64,000 bases of DNA. It comes from Acanthaster planci (Eukaryota). The notes below the pieces were generated by a model. It did not search any database. It was given only the letters and a program-made list of their open reading frames with translations, and was not told the DNA's origin. Below, in pieces: positions 39,363 through 52,500 of this stretch; within the stretch, counting starts at the first letter, position 1; each line of letters starts with the position of its first letter. The stretch covers positions 2,726,864 through 2,790,863 of the forward strand of contig NW_019091360.1 in NCBI RefSeq assembly GCF_001949145.1, given 5' to 3'. The translations under genes and the position numbers were made by a program.

Positions 39363-41156
39363 AGATGAGACCATCCATGCTTGTGTCGAAGTACATCAAC
39401 TCATCAATTAATCTCATCGTTGAAATGTATTTTGCATATGGGCAAACCTTTATCCTGTGAGAGCAGGGGTGGAGATAACAGCTCTTATTTTTTCTGACAT
39501 CGTCACAATGCATGTTTTCTTTGCGTTAAGAATCTAAAGTTTTTCCGGGATTCTGTGATCATTTTGCTAGCAAAATGTTAGGCATGGGCCTTATTAAAGA
39601 ACTGACCAGGTTTTGGAATGTGAGGTTTTCAGTAGAAGCCCCCCCCCCACAGTTAGGGATGGATTCTACAAATATGGCTCTTTTGGGACTAAGTAAAACA
39701 CTGGAAAAGCGTGCTTTTGCTTTTTGCCAAATCACGTCAGAAACCCAAACGTCAAGGGATATGCATGTTTCAGTTATGATTTTTGCTCCACATATAATTT
39801 ATGAGGGAAAAGTTTCTCCCATTTTTGCTCTGTTTCACCGAAATCAATCTTTGCACGGTGTTTCATTTATCCTTGTGTTTCATCGAGCGGTAGCGGTGAC
39901 AGTGTTGAAGAAAACAGTGCCCCATGCTGACCGACAACTTTATTAATTTTGTGTAAAGTGCCCGCCAAGTTTGTGCACCACAATCTGCCAGTAAAATGTA
40001 GGACTTAAAATGTTTAAATATCTGAACTATGCAATCTAATATAATTTTGAGAACATTCATCCCTGATAACACTGAAATGTACTTGAACTAAACAAGTTTG
40101 GAGACTAACTGATTGTAATGTGTTTAGACTCAACCTTACTTGACCCAGTTCATTTGTCAAATATTTGTGTTGGCGTTTCCATAACAGTTACAAAATAACA
40201 GTTTATTTTATTTTTACAAACACAGACGGTATCACTGGTATTAAAGACCATTCCATTCAACATTCAATGTTGTCATCTGAAACTTTCTTTTAATGTGACC
40301 CAGAGGGGAAAAAAAGACAATTTGGAATCTAGGAATACGTTGGTTGACTAATGAATTTCCACTAAAAAGGGATCTTTCATGCATGGCGTAATCCCCTTCT
40401 GAAACTTTAAAGTGCACTCGGCTTGAGGAAAAAAAGGATTTGATTTTGTTATGTGTCTAGTGGAAGACAAAAATTATATCAACGGCTGAAAAAATGAAGG
40501 GGTATTGTAAAATAAACTGTGAAGCAAAATATCATTTATAATATCGAAGAGCATTTGGCAATCGTATAACATTTCATTTCAGGTTTAAAAAATACAGCTA
40601 TTGCCAATTACGTCTTGCAGGAGCATATCGACATATGTTTTGAAAAAAATTTCAAATGAATTATGAACTATGCTTCTGTAAAATACCCTCGTCGTGATCA
40701 ATTTTCAGCCATGAAACGGGAGACGTTTTGAAAACACGAGGGCACAGAATTATCTTTGGCGAATATTCGGTAAATATCAGTGGACCTTTGCTTGCAACAT
40801 TGACGACCATCATTTTGTATACGCAGCCAAACCTTGCTCTTTGTTCGGGACACTTTTTGCCTCAAGCTTTTCTTTTAGTTTTCTCACGACGGCCAGCCAT
40901 GGGTTCAAGTTGGTAAACATTGGTTGCCAAATGTACGTCTGTGACGTAACAAAAGTTTCTAATCAACGAAAGTCTGAGGGCCCTGGGCGTAGGATTTTCT
41001 TCAGAATCAGATGTACAGGTACATTTTCATTACTAATCCTGTGAGGTTGCATATGTTTCTTTTTATAGTTATTTTCTTGGGATTACCACTGAAAGTAGAA
41101 CCCCAAGTACATGTACTATGATGAATAAACTTCCAGTTAACGGACTAAATGTGATA

Positions 41157-41170
41157 GCGCCCTCTTGCGG
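41157..41170 (-). promoter_or_regulatory. CTCF-like motif
   Basis: CCGCAAGAGGGCGC on the minus strand resembles the CTCF core CCASYAGRKGGCRS. Similar GAGGGCGC cores occur at ~11381, ~17062, ~50531, ~52510 and ~52805. Confidence 0.3.
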
Positions 41171-42210
41171 TCGCAGATTATGCGAGATAAGTAACACCCC
41201 CTCATCGGTTGACAAGCGCCATGCTCGTGGGGAGTTAATTTTGTTTTGTTGGTTGCGACCAAAGATCCGCGGCGCTATACGATGCGATCTTTGGTTGCAA
41301 CGCGAACGCAAAGCATGCATCTCATAGGTGTTGGTGAGCCAGCGAAGTGGAGTTCCTGGTTCCTCCCAAAGAAGCCCCCGTTGCTATGAAAATCGTGCCC
41401 TCTCTTGGTCCAAGTCTGGGCTCATAAAGAGTGTTCGAGCGCGACTGTACTGAGACAGAAGGCGGTTGAACTTAAGTGGTTGGCCATGGGCTTGCTCCAT
41501 TATTTGAGTCAGAAAATTGATCAATTTATTGGTCAACCGTGTCAACATTATTTTTTACCTTGAAGAACACTTCTTCAAACCACGGGAGAATAACTGCATA
41601 GTGCCGTATGCCCAGGTTTTGAGGTTTTCTCTGAAAAGTTTTGCATGCCGGGATGAATGTAATAAATGAAAATAGTTTATCGATACAATCAATTCAACAT
41701 GAGGTACGTAAATTTGTAAGAAAAATATATATATATTTAAAAAAAATGGCCATCTCATTTTTTAACAGAATTTTTATTAAAAGAATCCTCAGTCCCCTCA
41801 AAATGAAGATAAAAAACTGACATGGTCAGAGGAAGCTGTTGCTTTGAAAGTAGCTGATGACTGTAGATCCTCCCCTCTGGCGTTGAGTTATGGCGCCCCG
41901 TGTTATTCTTCGATAGGCACAGTGTACTTTATTTGTCCGTGTGAAGTAAAAGTAGCTCGAAATCACTACTTTCTTGTGTTTTGAAAGCAGCTCGTGATTG
42001 AAAAAGTAGATAGAGCATTTAATTGATTCCTTTTCATCCGTAAAGAGTGCAAATTGCTCCCTGCTCCCCCAGTCAAATTTTCATTCCTTTCAACCAGGGG
42101 GGTCACGGTGGCTAACCCAGAAATGATATAGAGGGTTGGTGCAAGTTGATCGAACCAAAGCGAACCACAGTCGCTCGACCCTTAGGCGCCCTTACCACGC
42201 ACAAACATAT

Positions 42211-42580
42211 GGGTGCATTGAATTAATTCAAGCTGTATTGAAAACAATGTAAAATCAACAAGGTTTGGAGCCCCGTTCCGGGCAACTGAGGTCCCTGAGG
42301 CCTCTCAAACAAATACAATGTGTTGTTTGGTACTTCAGATTTCATTTGATTTTCAATTTTCAGTAGGTTAATCAATGAATTTTTTAATTATCTTTTCGGC
42401 CTCTTCTGACACTTTTTCAAGTACAGTTTTGTCTGTTTTGCCCCCAGATGGAAGCCCTTTAATATACAGAGATGATCCTGGGCTATATATACACACAATT
42501 CCACAATTTCTTGGCCCACACAGACTCCTCCTTTCGGAAGAATTTGTACGGGTACTTTTTAAGCGCCTCCGCCTGGGGGC
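42211..42580 (+). repeat. Dispersed repeat A, copy 2, directly upstream of NUP37
   Basis: Same-orientation paralog of 28152-28500 (shared blocks listed there). Confidence 0.8.
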
Positions 42581-42818
42581 AGTGTACTTATGAACGCAAC
42601 ACACTACTGCGAAAGTTGTGTAGCGCCATCTGTTGACATTTTGGCGAAATCTAATACATGTAATATGGCGCGCTCCACGGAGTTGCAAACAAACCACCTT
42701 GTTTACATCGAATCATAAGTACTGATCACATACAAATAATGAAAAATTACTAACCAAGTATTTTGTTTATTTAGCTCCACTTTGTGCTAATTTTGTGAAT
42801 GCCTGGGGGGAAATCAAG

Positions 42819-45800
42819 ATGGTTGAAAATGTGAAAGGAAATTCGTTTGACCTTCCTTGCAAAGACGTAGTGACATGCATTGAATTTTGCCCATTTGAGT
42901 CAGCATCGCAGCTAATCGCATTCGGCAGTCAGTTGAGGATCAGCATCGGATCTGTCAGATTCCAGGTAATGCTATCTATATCTATTTTCTTTTTTATTGT
43001 TGAATAAACATCACATGCAACTCTTAGAGCTGAACTTTTACATTGTTCAGTTCTTGTAAGTCACGTAAGTAAGCTACCGAAGACGTGTCTAGCTCCACAC
43101 CCTAACATGCCTAAACTAAACCCCAAGTTGGTGTGATGTTTCCTGATAGAGGCTTTGCTGACTACATGACTCAGATTCAGATTGAATCCAGCCTGAGACT
43201 GAGGTTGATCGTTTGCATTACCCCTAGAACTGGGGTACTTTTGCATGACTTGTCACACAAACTTGACAAATTCCACTCTCAATCAAGTCATGGAGGAAGG
43301 AAATCAAATTTTCCCATGAGACGTGATGAGAGCTGTTATGACTCTCGTGAGGTACCAAGGCCTACATGTATGTATAGCTCTCAAAGTTTTCTGAATCATG
43401 GTGACAGATTTTTTTGAAAAAAAATTCAGACTTTTTACTCACCAATCTCTCGTTCTCCATGCGAAGTCAACTGTATCGTACATGGTAGCGTGACCGTCTC
43501 GGCCACTTAGGATTTTGGCTGAACATGCTCAACAGATGAAGTTCAGTAATTTCTGTGGCCTATAGGCCAAGTTCAAGATAAAACCCGAATTATGCAATCT
43601 GCAGAACTAAGACGTGTTCAACTAATCAGTTGGCTACGTAATTTGAGTTAACTAACAGCATTTAAGCAGTCACCTAACTTGGCCATTGTCCCTTCACTTC
43701 AGGAAGAAGATAAGACAGTTGCCGGCTTTGACTACCAGCATCTCCGAGACTTTCATCATGACACTCAAGTTGTTGCTATCAGTTGGAGCCCAGAGACATC
43801 CCTTGAAGTACTCCCACGATGTGTGAGGTATGTCAGGATTGTACAACTCTTAGGGAACTTGTTTGGCTCAATTTTGAGGACGAAAGTGTGAATGGGTAAT
43901 AATGAAGTTTGAGTACATATGAGTGCTTTCAACTACTTGAGTCTTGCTGACGCTTGTCGAGTCTTGAGATTTATTGTTTCAGGTTCATTCAGTGTTGCAG
44001 TAATAAGTCCATAATGCATTTTTTTCTTTTCTCAAGCATCGGAATAACTCGGGGGAGGGATGGCACATTTACATGTAGGTTTATGCCGCCTTGTATGGTC
44101 AGTGGTGCCTAAACTGTTCAACCCCCCCCCCTGAAATTTCGCCCGAACTGCATCAGTGTTCGAAGACCATTCACAATGTGTTTATTTACAGGATCAGTCA
44201 CAAGTTACAGCCTGACTCTCTTTGCGGGTATACATGTGGCTTTTATTTAATACCAATCTCCACATCCTCACCCTTAATCATTCAAGAACTCAGGAATTAG
44301 ACTTTGACTTAGGAAGCCACGTTCTGACTGTGTGTACAGGTTTTGCACAGCCGGCGCAGACAACAAGATCCGACTTTACACCTCTGACATGAAGGAGCAA
44401 GATAAGATGGAGGTGGGTTACCAGAAGCTAACAAGACTTTGTCAGGTTTCAATGCAATAAGTTATACAGATAGGTGTATATAAGTACACACATGTGTATT
44501 GGTATCTATATTACATACATGTATGTTAACATGTAGTATATTGTATACGTTATATCTACATATTTACATAGAAATATAGTCCCCTAGAATACATCATAAC
44601 ACATGTGCATGTATTGCACAGGTTGTTAAGTCAGAAATGTTTGACTGTACCAAAGACGGAGGGACTAGTCATTGTGCTTTCAATTTTCCTGTTGTGTGGG
44701 CCTCCGTCGACCGAGCCTCATGCTTGCCCTTGGCCGACCCGATGAGTGGCTGAAGAGGCAACAAGGGGGTTAGGTCCTTTTGGAGGCGGTCTACTGCCTG
44801 GCGCCAAAGCTATCTGGTCACTAGAGTGTCGCTACTAGGCAGATTGGCAATGGGGCTTCAACCTGTAGGTTCGGCCCTCTGGGGGAAACTCTCCACCAAG
44901 TGCACCGATGACACCTGCCGGATTCCTCTGATTAGTCCCGTTTATTCATTAGTCAAAGTGGTCCCCTGTTCTGGGGGATCCTATGTAGGTGATTCAGCAT
45001 TTGTAATTTATGATTTACAACCGGTCAGTAAGCAATCACTCGAAACACTGGCAATTAATTAAACAATTAAAGAGCTGATAATTTAAAGTGGTGGGGATGC
45101 TCAACTGAAGCTGACCAGGTCTTGCTTCACCTTAACGGACGGACGTTGCCAATGAAACTGATAGCACTGTCAATCTACCCGCCAGATGATCTTCTTCAGA
45201 GACGCCGAGTCGCCTGTATGTGATTCTTTACAGTGCTTTCAATCATGCGAAGACATCGGGCCACAAGACTCATAAGCATAATTTATGCGGAACAATTATG
45301 GGATGTAAAAACCAACACTAAAGGGGGCCCAGTAACCTCTCTATTTCACTACACTATGTATAAGACTCCGCAGAGGCGCATGCCTAAGTCACTACAGAGG
45401 ACTTGTTGGAACAGAGGACCGACTACTGAGGACAAGAGAACTTTGTTGTGCCCTTTGCATGTCTGTCGTGGAAACTGACAAGTAGTAACGCGGATGAAAC
45501 AAACGGATTAGAAAAATTAAATAGGAAATATTGCTTAGTGTAAGAGATTACCCTAAAAAATGTATGCATGTAAGTCATTCCAACAGTAGATTGCATATCC
45601 AGTGGCAAAATTCAAAAATACTCAAAAATTTGTGAGATAAAATTGAAATTCTAAAACTAATTTTATCCTCAAATTATTGATTGATCTGTGCCTTGATACA
45701 GGTTGCAAGTTCCAGGTTTATAAAGCGTAGGCTATTTTGTGAGCTGAAGTTTTTCCTGATTGCCATAATTTGTTGCAGTTGATGGACGGCCATCTGGACT

Positions 45801-47561
45801 TTGTCAACGCACTAGCCTTTGAACCCACGGAAGGCCAACTTATTGCTAGCGTCAGCGACGATCACACGTGCCGTGTCTGGGGCATAGATGGTGTACAGAG
45901 AGCTTGCTTCTCACTGAAGGCAGCTGGTATGTCTGCCTGTTGGAACAGCCAAGATCCCATGAAGGTATTGATTTGTATTGATCTGTGATAAAGTTAATTA
46001 CTAACTTTTGATTATCTGCATCAGTCAGCTGTTTTTCCTGTGTTACTCTGTCTATACAGGGAATGCAATGATTTAGAGAAGTTTGTGCAATTTTTTTTGT
46101 GGTGTAGTCAAGACCTTGTAAGACTATCACAAGGCCAACACAAGATCTCCAGGTTGAATTACAAGCAAAAGCCATTCAAATACATGTAAACTGCAACAAA
46201 AGCTTTCTTTTGCTGTTGTTCGCCCTGTTACTTATGACTGGCATTGTGATGGGTCATGTGACTGGCCTTGTGATCTGGCCTTGTGACTTGTCCTGTCACT
46301 AGTCAAGTAATGGTCTTCACTGCAACAGTGAATCCTTTGGTTAGTTTCTGTAAATTGTGAAGTGCGATCAACCAACTGGTCAAGATGTTTTCTCTTTGTC
46401 TCCACGCACAGCTGATGGTTGCTGAGAAGCGCGGTACAATTCGCTTCTATGACCTCCTGAATCAGCAACCAATCATGTCCCTGGATGCGGGTCATGTGAT
46501 GCTGAGGTCAGCTGATTGGTGTGTCTGTGATCCAACCAGGGTCGGGGCTGCTGTAGAGGGAGAGTGGATGGTTTGGGACATAACCAGGTCGAGGTTGGTG
46601 CAGATATAATGTGATCCACAATATAACCTGCCGGCAGATTCTATTCCTTACAGCCACTAAGCACAAAAACGGGCTAACCACTGAAAATATACGCTTAGCA
46701 AAAACCATTTATTAGCCAAACTACGTTTTGTACTATGCAAAGGGTAGACTTGAGACTGATTCTGAGCTTGATTTTCCTAGTCCAAAATTTGCTAAGCAAT
46801 GAAATTGTTCCTTGAAAGCAGAGTAACAACTAGCTTTGTCTAGTTCCCTGACCTGACAATTGCCTGACACCACATCGTTTTGGTCAGGTAGCCACCTTGA
46901 CAAAAGTGCAACGGGAAACAGTTGGAAGGTGTCGTTGTAGTGCAGCTGGTTTTTAGATGCAGTGCAGTGTCTGTGTAGGTTTAGGTGCATTCGCATGGGC
47001 CCCGTTCAAAATGCAGGATCACGCCCGAAACTGCACAACAGTAGCTCAAAGAAACGATCACGCTTGATGCCCTCATATTGGGTGAGTGAAGTTTTCCAGT
47101 GCACAGTTTGATTCCTTGAAAACTGAAGAATTCCTGGACTGATAACAGGCATTTGCACGACACGAGTTTTGCTCATCAAGAATTCTTCCTTCTGTATATT
47201 TCAGTCGCCCTGAAGACAACCAGCAAGCCCACACTGAGGGTACTCAGCAATTTCGCTGGTCGCGTGTCAGTGAAAACATTTTTGCCACAACTGGTCGACC
47301 TGGAAACCAGGTCAAAGTCTTCCACATGGGCCACCACCAGGTACGTCATTGACAAGTCAAAGCCACCCACTTTTGACATTTTTCAAATTTTTCCCATCTA
47401 TATCATGATATTTTCAGTTAATCTTTTCCCTGTGTTGCTGTTCCCAGGTACCGGTCAGCAGCGAGGTACCAGTTCTCGGCGGCCTATCATGGCATGCGTT
47501 TCTGCCTGTCTGTGCTGTTGGGGGCGACAGAAAAATCCATGTTTGGATCACTGAAGCATGA
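42819..47561 (+). CDS. NUP37: Nucleoporin Nup37 (WD40 beta-propeller of the Nup107-160 complex), 320 aa, 7 coding exons
   Basis: Exons 42819-42965, 43703-43827, 44340-44412, 45779-45964, 46412-46593, 47205-47340, 47448-47561 (963 nt). Translation includes IEFCPFESASQLIAFG, LRDFHHDTQVVAISWSPETSL, FCTAGADNKIRLYTSD, GHLDFVNALAFEPTEGQLIASVSDDHTCRVW, LMVAEKRGTIRFYDL, WDITRS, FRWSRVSENIFATTGRPG and GLSWH...AVGGDRKIHVWITEA*. Confidence 0.97.
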
Positions 47562-47637
47562 AACGTATTGCCGTGTTTGTCAAAACCCCACACATGACTC
47601 TGACATATGGATCTCCCTTCCCCTGGTGTGCCATACA

Positions 47638-48106
47638 GGCTGAGTTCAGGCGGCTTGTTTTCGTATGTTCACGAACGGCTTGATTCGCTCTTCTTGGGTC
47701 AGCTGCTCGAACGCCGGGAACATACCACCGGTTATCGCAGGTAGTTAGTGACAAGAAACATGCAACATGATGGTGTCCATGTATGTTATTTGAGAGTAAA
47801 TATTTGGATAACTGGGCTGAATTCTTTTCTGTTTAAACAGGAACATTTATTTCTGTTACAGAAAATAATAGTCACTTTTGCAAAATTTCCTATCGTCTCT
47901 GGCTTTGAAAGCCGTCGCTGTACTTTTTGCCACGGTTGCTGTTCAAAAATCAAAATCTCACGACTTTTTCCGTGTGTTCCTACAAAACCCTGACAAGGAG
48001 GTGGTGTGTGATCCTGTTCCGGGAACAGTGTTCTCGGGTCATGATCCCGCCTTTCGAGCGCGAGAACAAGAAACCCGTGTCAAGAACAGGCCGCCCGAAC
48101 TCGACC
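47638..48106. mobile_element. PIF/Harbinger-like MITE, copy 1, in the NUP37 3' region
   Basis: TIRs ggctgagttcaggcggcttgttttcg / caagaacaggccgcccgaactcgacc, with a 3-bp flank ACA on both sides. A second copy lies at 51790-52247. Confidence 0.85.
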
Positions 48107-48138
48107 ACAGTGTTGCAGTAGGACACAAAGATTTGGTT

Positions 48139-48648
48139 TGTGAATGGGGGGGTCTGTAGTTCAAAACTATTGTCTGGGGCTTGAGGCTCTCATGCAGTGA
48201 GTTGCCGTTGTTACACATGTATTTGCATACATGTGAAAACTGGCACCTTTTGGAGGCCAAATAAAGGCTATATACCAGGCAAGATATGGGACGGAGGGGT
48301 ACCCCCCTTACCTGTCTAATCCCTATACGCACTCTAGACTACTGTTACCTAACACATCCCCCCAGAAGTCTGTAAAGAATTCCTGAGATTCCGATCAAAC
48401 AATGACCAACACAAGGCGGGGGGGTCTCTTCATCCCATATCTTGCTTCAAATGTAAGATTACGCGTCTTCAAAGATGGTGTGTTGAAACCCTTCTCCCGA
48501 TTACATTCTTGAATTTTATTCTCCATTTTGGCTTTATCAGCAATGGAACAGTCCAGTGCCAGCTGTAACAACGGCAACTCACTGCATGAGAGCCTCAAGC
48601 CCCAGACAATAGTTTTGAACTACAGACCCCCCCCCCCCCCCGTTCACA
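48139..48648. repeat. Near-perfect ~75 bp inverted repeat (foldback element) with ~350 bp spacer
   Basis: 48139-48215 (…ggtctgtagttcaaaactattgtctggggcttgaggctctcatgcagtgagttgccgttgttaca) is the reverse complement of 48564-48648. The arms differ essentially only in the length of the G/C run and one adjacent base. Confidence 0.9.
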
Positions 48649-49514
48649 GGAAGGTACTGCTGGAAATATTCAAATCAATGTCCCAATTTCTCATTTCGGT
48701 TTCTTTTAAAGCCGGATTGAGTCAGGTGTAACCAACATCTACTGTCCTCTTAAGCAATGAATAGTTTTGTACAGTCTGTGAGCACACCTGTTTGTAATAA
48801 AAACAGCTCAAACAAACACTGGAGTACAGTTTCATCATTGAGTTTGGGTTTCTATGAACCTAACTATATTCATTATCAGACAGAATATGGAACTTATGTT
48901 GAATATCAAACCTATTTGATAGGTAATAGTCAATTTTTACCCACATGTGTAAAACCTCATCTATGGCATTACTGGTATTGCCGAGTTTGGAAATTCTGGT
49001 TTTTCTCCAGTCCCATAATTGCAATTTGTGACATGTACTCGTATGTTCAAAACCATCCATGAATATAGCTGTAGCAGATTGGAACCATTTGAAAAATGCC
49101 ACTTGTAGGGAAAGTTAAACCAAAAGGAGGGAAAGACTAAACCAAAATGAGACAAGGTTCAAGATGATTATTCATAAAATGCCTCGTTACACTCCACGTA
49201 CAGCAAACTTGAGGGATGAAAAGCATTCTAAGTGTTCTTGCACCTGGGAAAAGGGCTTCCATTTTCCTCCAAAATTTCCATCGTTGGGTGTTGGAAGTAC
49301 ACAGTGACTGTACATCCTGATAATTGAAAGATGGACTTCAAGCATCCTGTGAAGCAGTGACAAGTTGACTGCACAAATACTTGTAGAAGACCTCCACTCC
49401 TGTTCATTCTGAGAAGACATTAATAAGACACAATCCAAGTTCTGCTTTCCAGTTTCCAATGTCGCAATAAACAGCCCGTCTCGCAAGCAACATGGCAGCT
49501 CTGCATGGTTGATC

Positions 49515-52500
49515 TCATATGCCAAACCAAGTCGGTAAGCCCCCTCGCTTCTTTAGCAAATCCTCCCTGGCTTTCTGTTTGGCTTTGGCCTCCTCAATCA
49601 GTTCTTCATCTGTCGTTTGCTCATCAGTTTTCACAAAAAGGTTCTCCGGGAACTGGAAGGTTTGGCCCTTTGCCTGTAAGAACAGAGAAAACAAAGTTAC
49701 TTTACCATGTCATTGACATGAAGAGTTTCAAGAACAATGCTTTGTGAAATCAGTTATGAAATCTGATTCGGTGAACTGTAAATATTAAACTGTAATAAAT
49801 ATACTGTAATATTTAAAGTCTTGCTTTTACATCGATCAAAACTTCAGGAAAGTGCTGAAACTTAAGAACCACCTGTGATTTATTCAGAAAGAAAAGCTTA
49901 CCAGGACTTGAAACTAACCAACTTGAGAATGGAGTTGTTTTTTAACTTTTCAAAAACTCTGTCCTTTTATTGTCATTCTGAAACCAGTCTGTGTCCAGAA
50001 CCATCTCCCAAACATATGAGCAGCGTATCACAGACAGTAGGTTCCTGATTAAGACTTGCATCTGGAAACTGTACAGTCCATTTGTTTCCAAATGACAGAG
50101 GGTAGTTATCATACTTGCTCTTTATATCCCAATATGCTTCCACTTACCAGTGTAACATTCGCTAATTTGAAGTCATCCTTGGGTTTGTATCTCATGTTTT
50201 TGTGGTCGCGTTTGAATGCCACGTAGACTATGTGTGTGTTCACCTTGGCAACGGGGACATTGTAGATCCTCTCCAAGTAGTTTCTGATGTCAAATTTTGT
50301 CATGCTGGAGAAAGAGAAGCCACATTGCCCAAATTTAACCCTGCAAGTTGATAAAATTCAACATAGCACCGGCACAACCAGCATAGTAAGTCAATACCAT
50401 TGCCCACTCAATACATGTACAGAGGAACGCCGCTATAACGAACAAGACGGGGTCCACGCTAAATGTTCGGTACAGCGGTCATTCGGCATAGCGAATTTAA
50501 CTGCCGAATGTTTCATTGCCATGTTGAATAGCGCCCTCTCTTGTCTAACCGAAGTGCACCCTCTTGCGATACCTTGCTTCCCTGTTTTCGTGAAGTTTTG
50601 CCGTTGCATTCAAGTTGAAGGTTTCTAGAAGTGTATCTGTCAATTATGTTTGTTTCTTATTTAAACTTGAGTAAAAAAATTGATATCAAGTTTATCCTAA
50701 AAGCTGTGAAACTACCACTCAGGATCGATCTCTGATGCATGCTGTGGCGAATCTCGGTTGATTTGTGTATCAGCGGCGCCCTCTTTAGACTATTGTTAGT
50801 GCAATGCCACCATGCGAGTACGTGCGGTTTTCTTCCGCACCCGATCATGTGGAGTCGCAAAACCAGCGTCTATTCAATACTGTTGATAGCTAGTGGCTTT
50901 CCCATCTAATCCTTGGGGAAATAAATGCCACTTGTCACTTTCCAACATAAAAAAACGCCGACTGTTTTATCCTGTTGACGTTCGGGAATTACAAACAGCA
51001 ACTGCATAGTGTTTGGTAGGTTCTGTACACAAATTATTGGGAGCCAAGGACGATGTTCGGTACAGCCGAATGTTCGGTATAGCGGTGTTCGGTATAGCGA
51101 CATTCCACTGCACATACAAACAGGTACACCATGGCAAAATGGAGCAGGAACCACTTGCCAACCACCAGTCAATTGTGCCTGGTACCCTGGATGCATTCTG
51201 TGCACAGTTTACCAGGGCAAATAACCTGTGTTTGATAAATCGTCGCTCGAACCTGCCCAACGACACTTTGAAAACACAAAGAAAGCACGTATACAAGAAA
51301 CACAAACTACAAGGGGAAGACAAGTGTTTCCTCCACATTCACTCACTTGACGGGGCATTCAAAAGTGACAACATTGGCTGGTCTCTCTTTGTCTGGACTC
51401 AACAGCTTCATGTAGAAATCTGTGAAGAACACCCGTCGTTGTGGATTGCCCGGGACATACGGGGGGTACCTGGCATGGGAATTGACAGAAAACACGGCCC
51501 AGATCAACTCCAACAATTGAACAGTTGAATATTCAACCTTCCACTTGACTGAATATTTGGTACCAAATTTCCATAAAAGTGGAACCAACTATGCATGTTG
51601 GTACGTTGGTATATCTGATGAAGTTTCAGGGTGGAGGTCTGTCGTCCCCTAGTTACAGTTGGAAGCTTGGTAAGCCTTGGGAGTCCAACTGGCATTTGGT
51701 TCCAATAGGTGATAAATATCACCACGTCCCTTACCACATTCTCACAGTGTTCTGTAAACGTATCTACAGGTATTCTGCAAAACCACTAAGGCCGAGTTCC
51801 GGCGGCTTGTTCTCGTATGTTCACAAACAGATCGATTTGTTGTTTGTGAGTCGGCCGCTCGAATGCTAGGAACAAACAACCGGTTATTGCTGGTAGTTAG
51901 TGGCAAGCAACATTTCAGCGTCTGTGTACATTCTTCGAGAGTTAATGTTTGGATAACTGAGTTGAATTCTTTTCCATTTCAACAGAAACATTCATTTCTG
52001 TGTTCTGAGCAAATAATGTTAATTTTTCAAAACTATCCACTGTCTCTGGCTTTGTAAGCCATCTTTGTACTTTTTGCAAACGTTCAAAAATCAAAATCTC
52101 ACGGGTTTTTCCATGTGTTCCTGTAAAACCCTAACGCTGAGGTGGTGTGTGATCCTGTTCCGAGAACAGTGTTCTTGAGTCGAGTTCCCATCGTTTGAGT
52201 GTGAAAACAAGAAACCTGTGCCAAGAACAGGCTGCCTGGAATCGACTTATTACACTGTCTGTTCCTGCATGTCCTACAGCTGACCAGACATGGCAGGAAC
52301 AGTATGCAGGTGTAGTATGAATAATCGAAATGGGCTGCTAAGATAACTTTTACAGATTTGCAGAGTTAAAAACAAATATGAAAAAACACTCTAATATGTC
52401 TAAACTACTTTCATCTCTTAATTAAACTTTAAAGGCAGGATAAAGGAGGCGGGGCAGTGATGGAATTTACATACCAATAACCACAACGCTTGTTAAGTTG

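Noticed and set aside
44696..44765. HDV-like ribozyme
   Set aside because: No consistent P1/P2/P3/P1.1 nesting or canonical L3 could be built.
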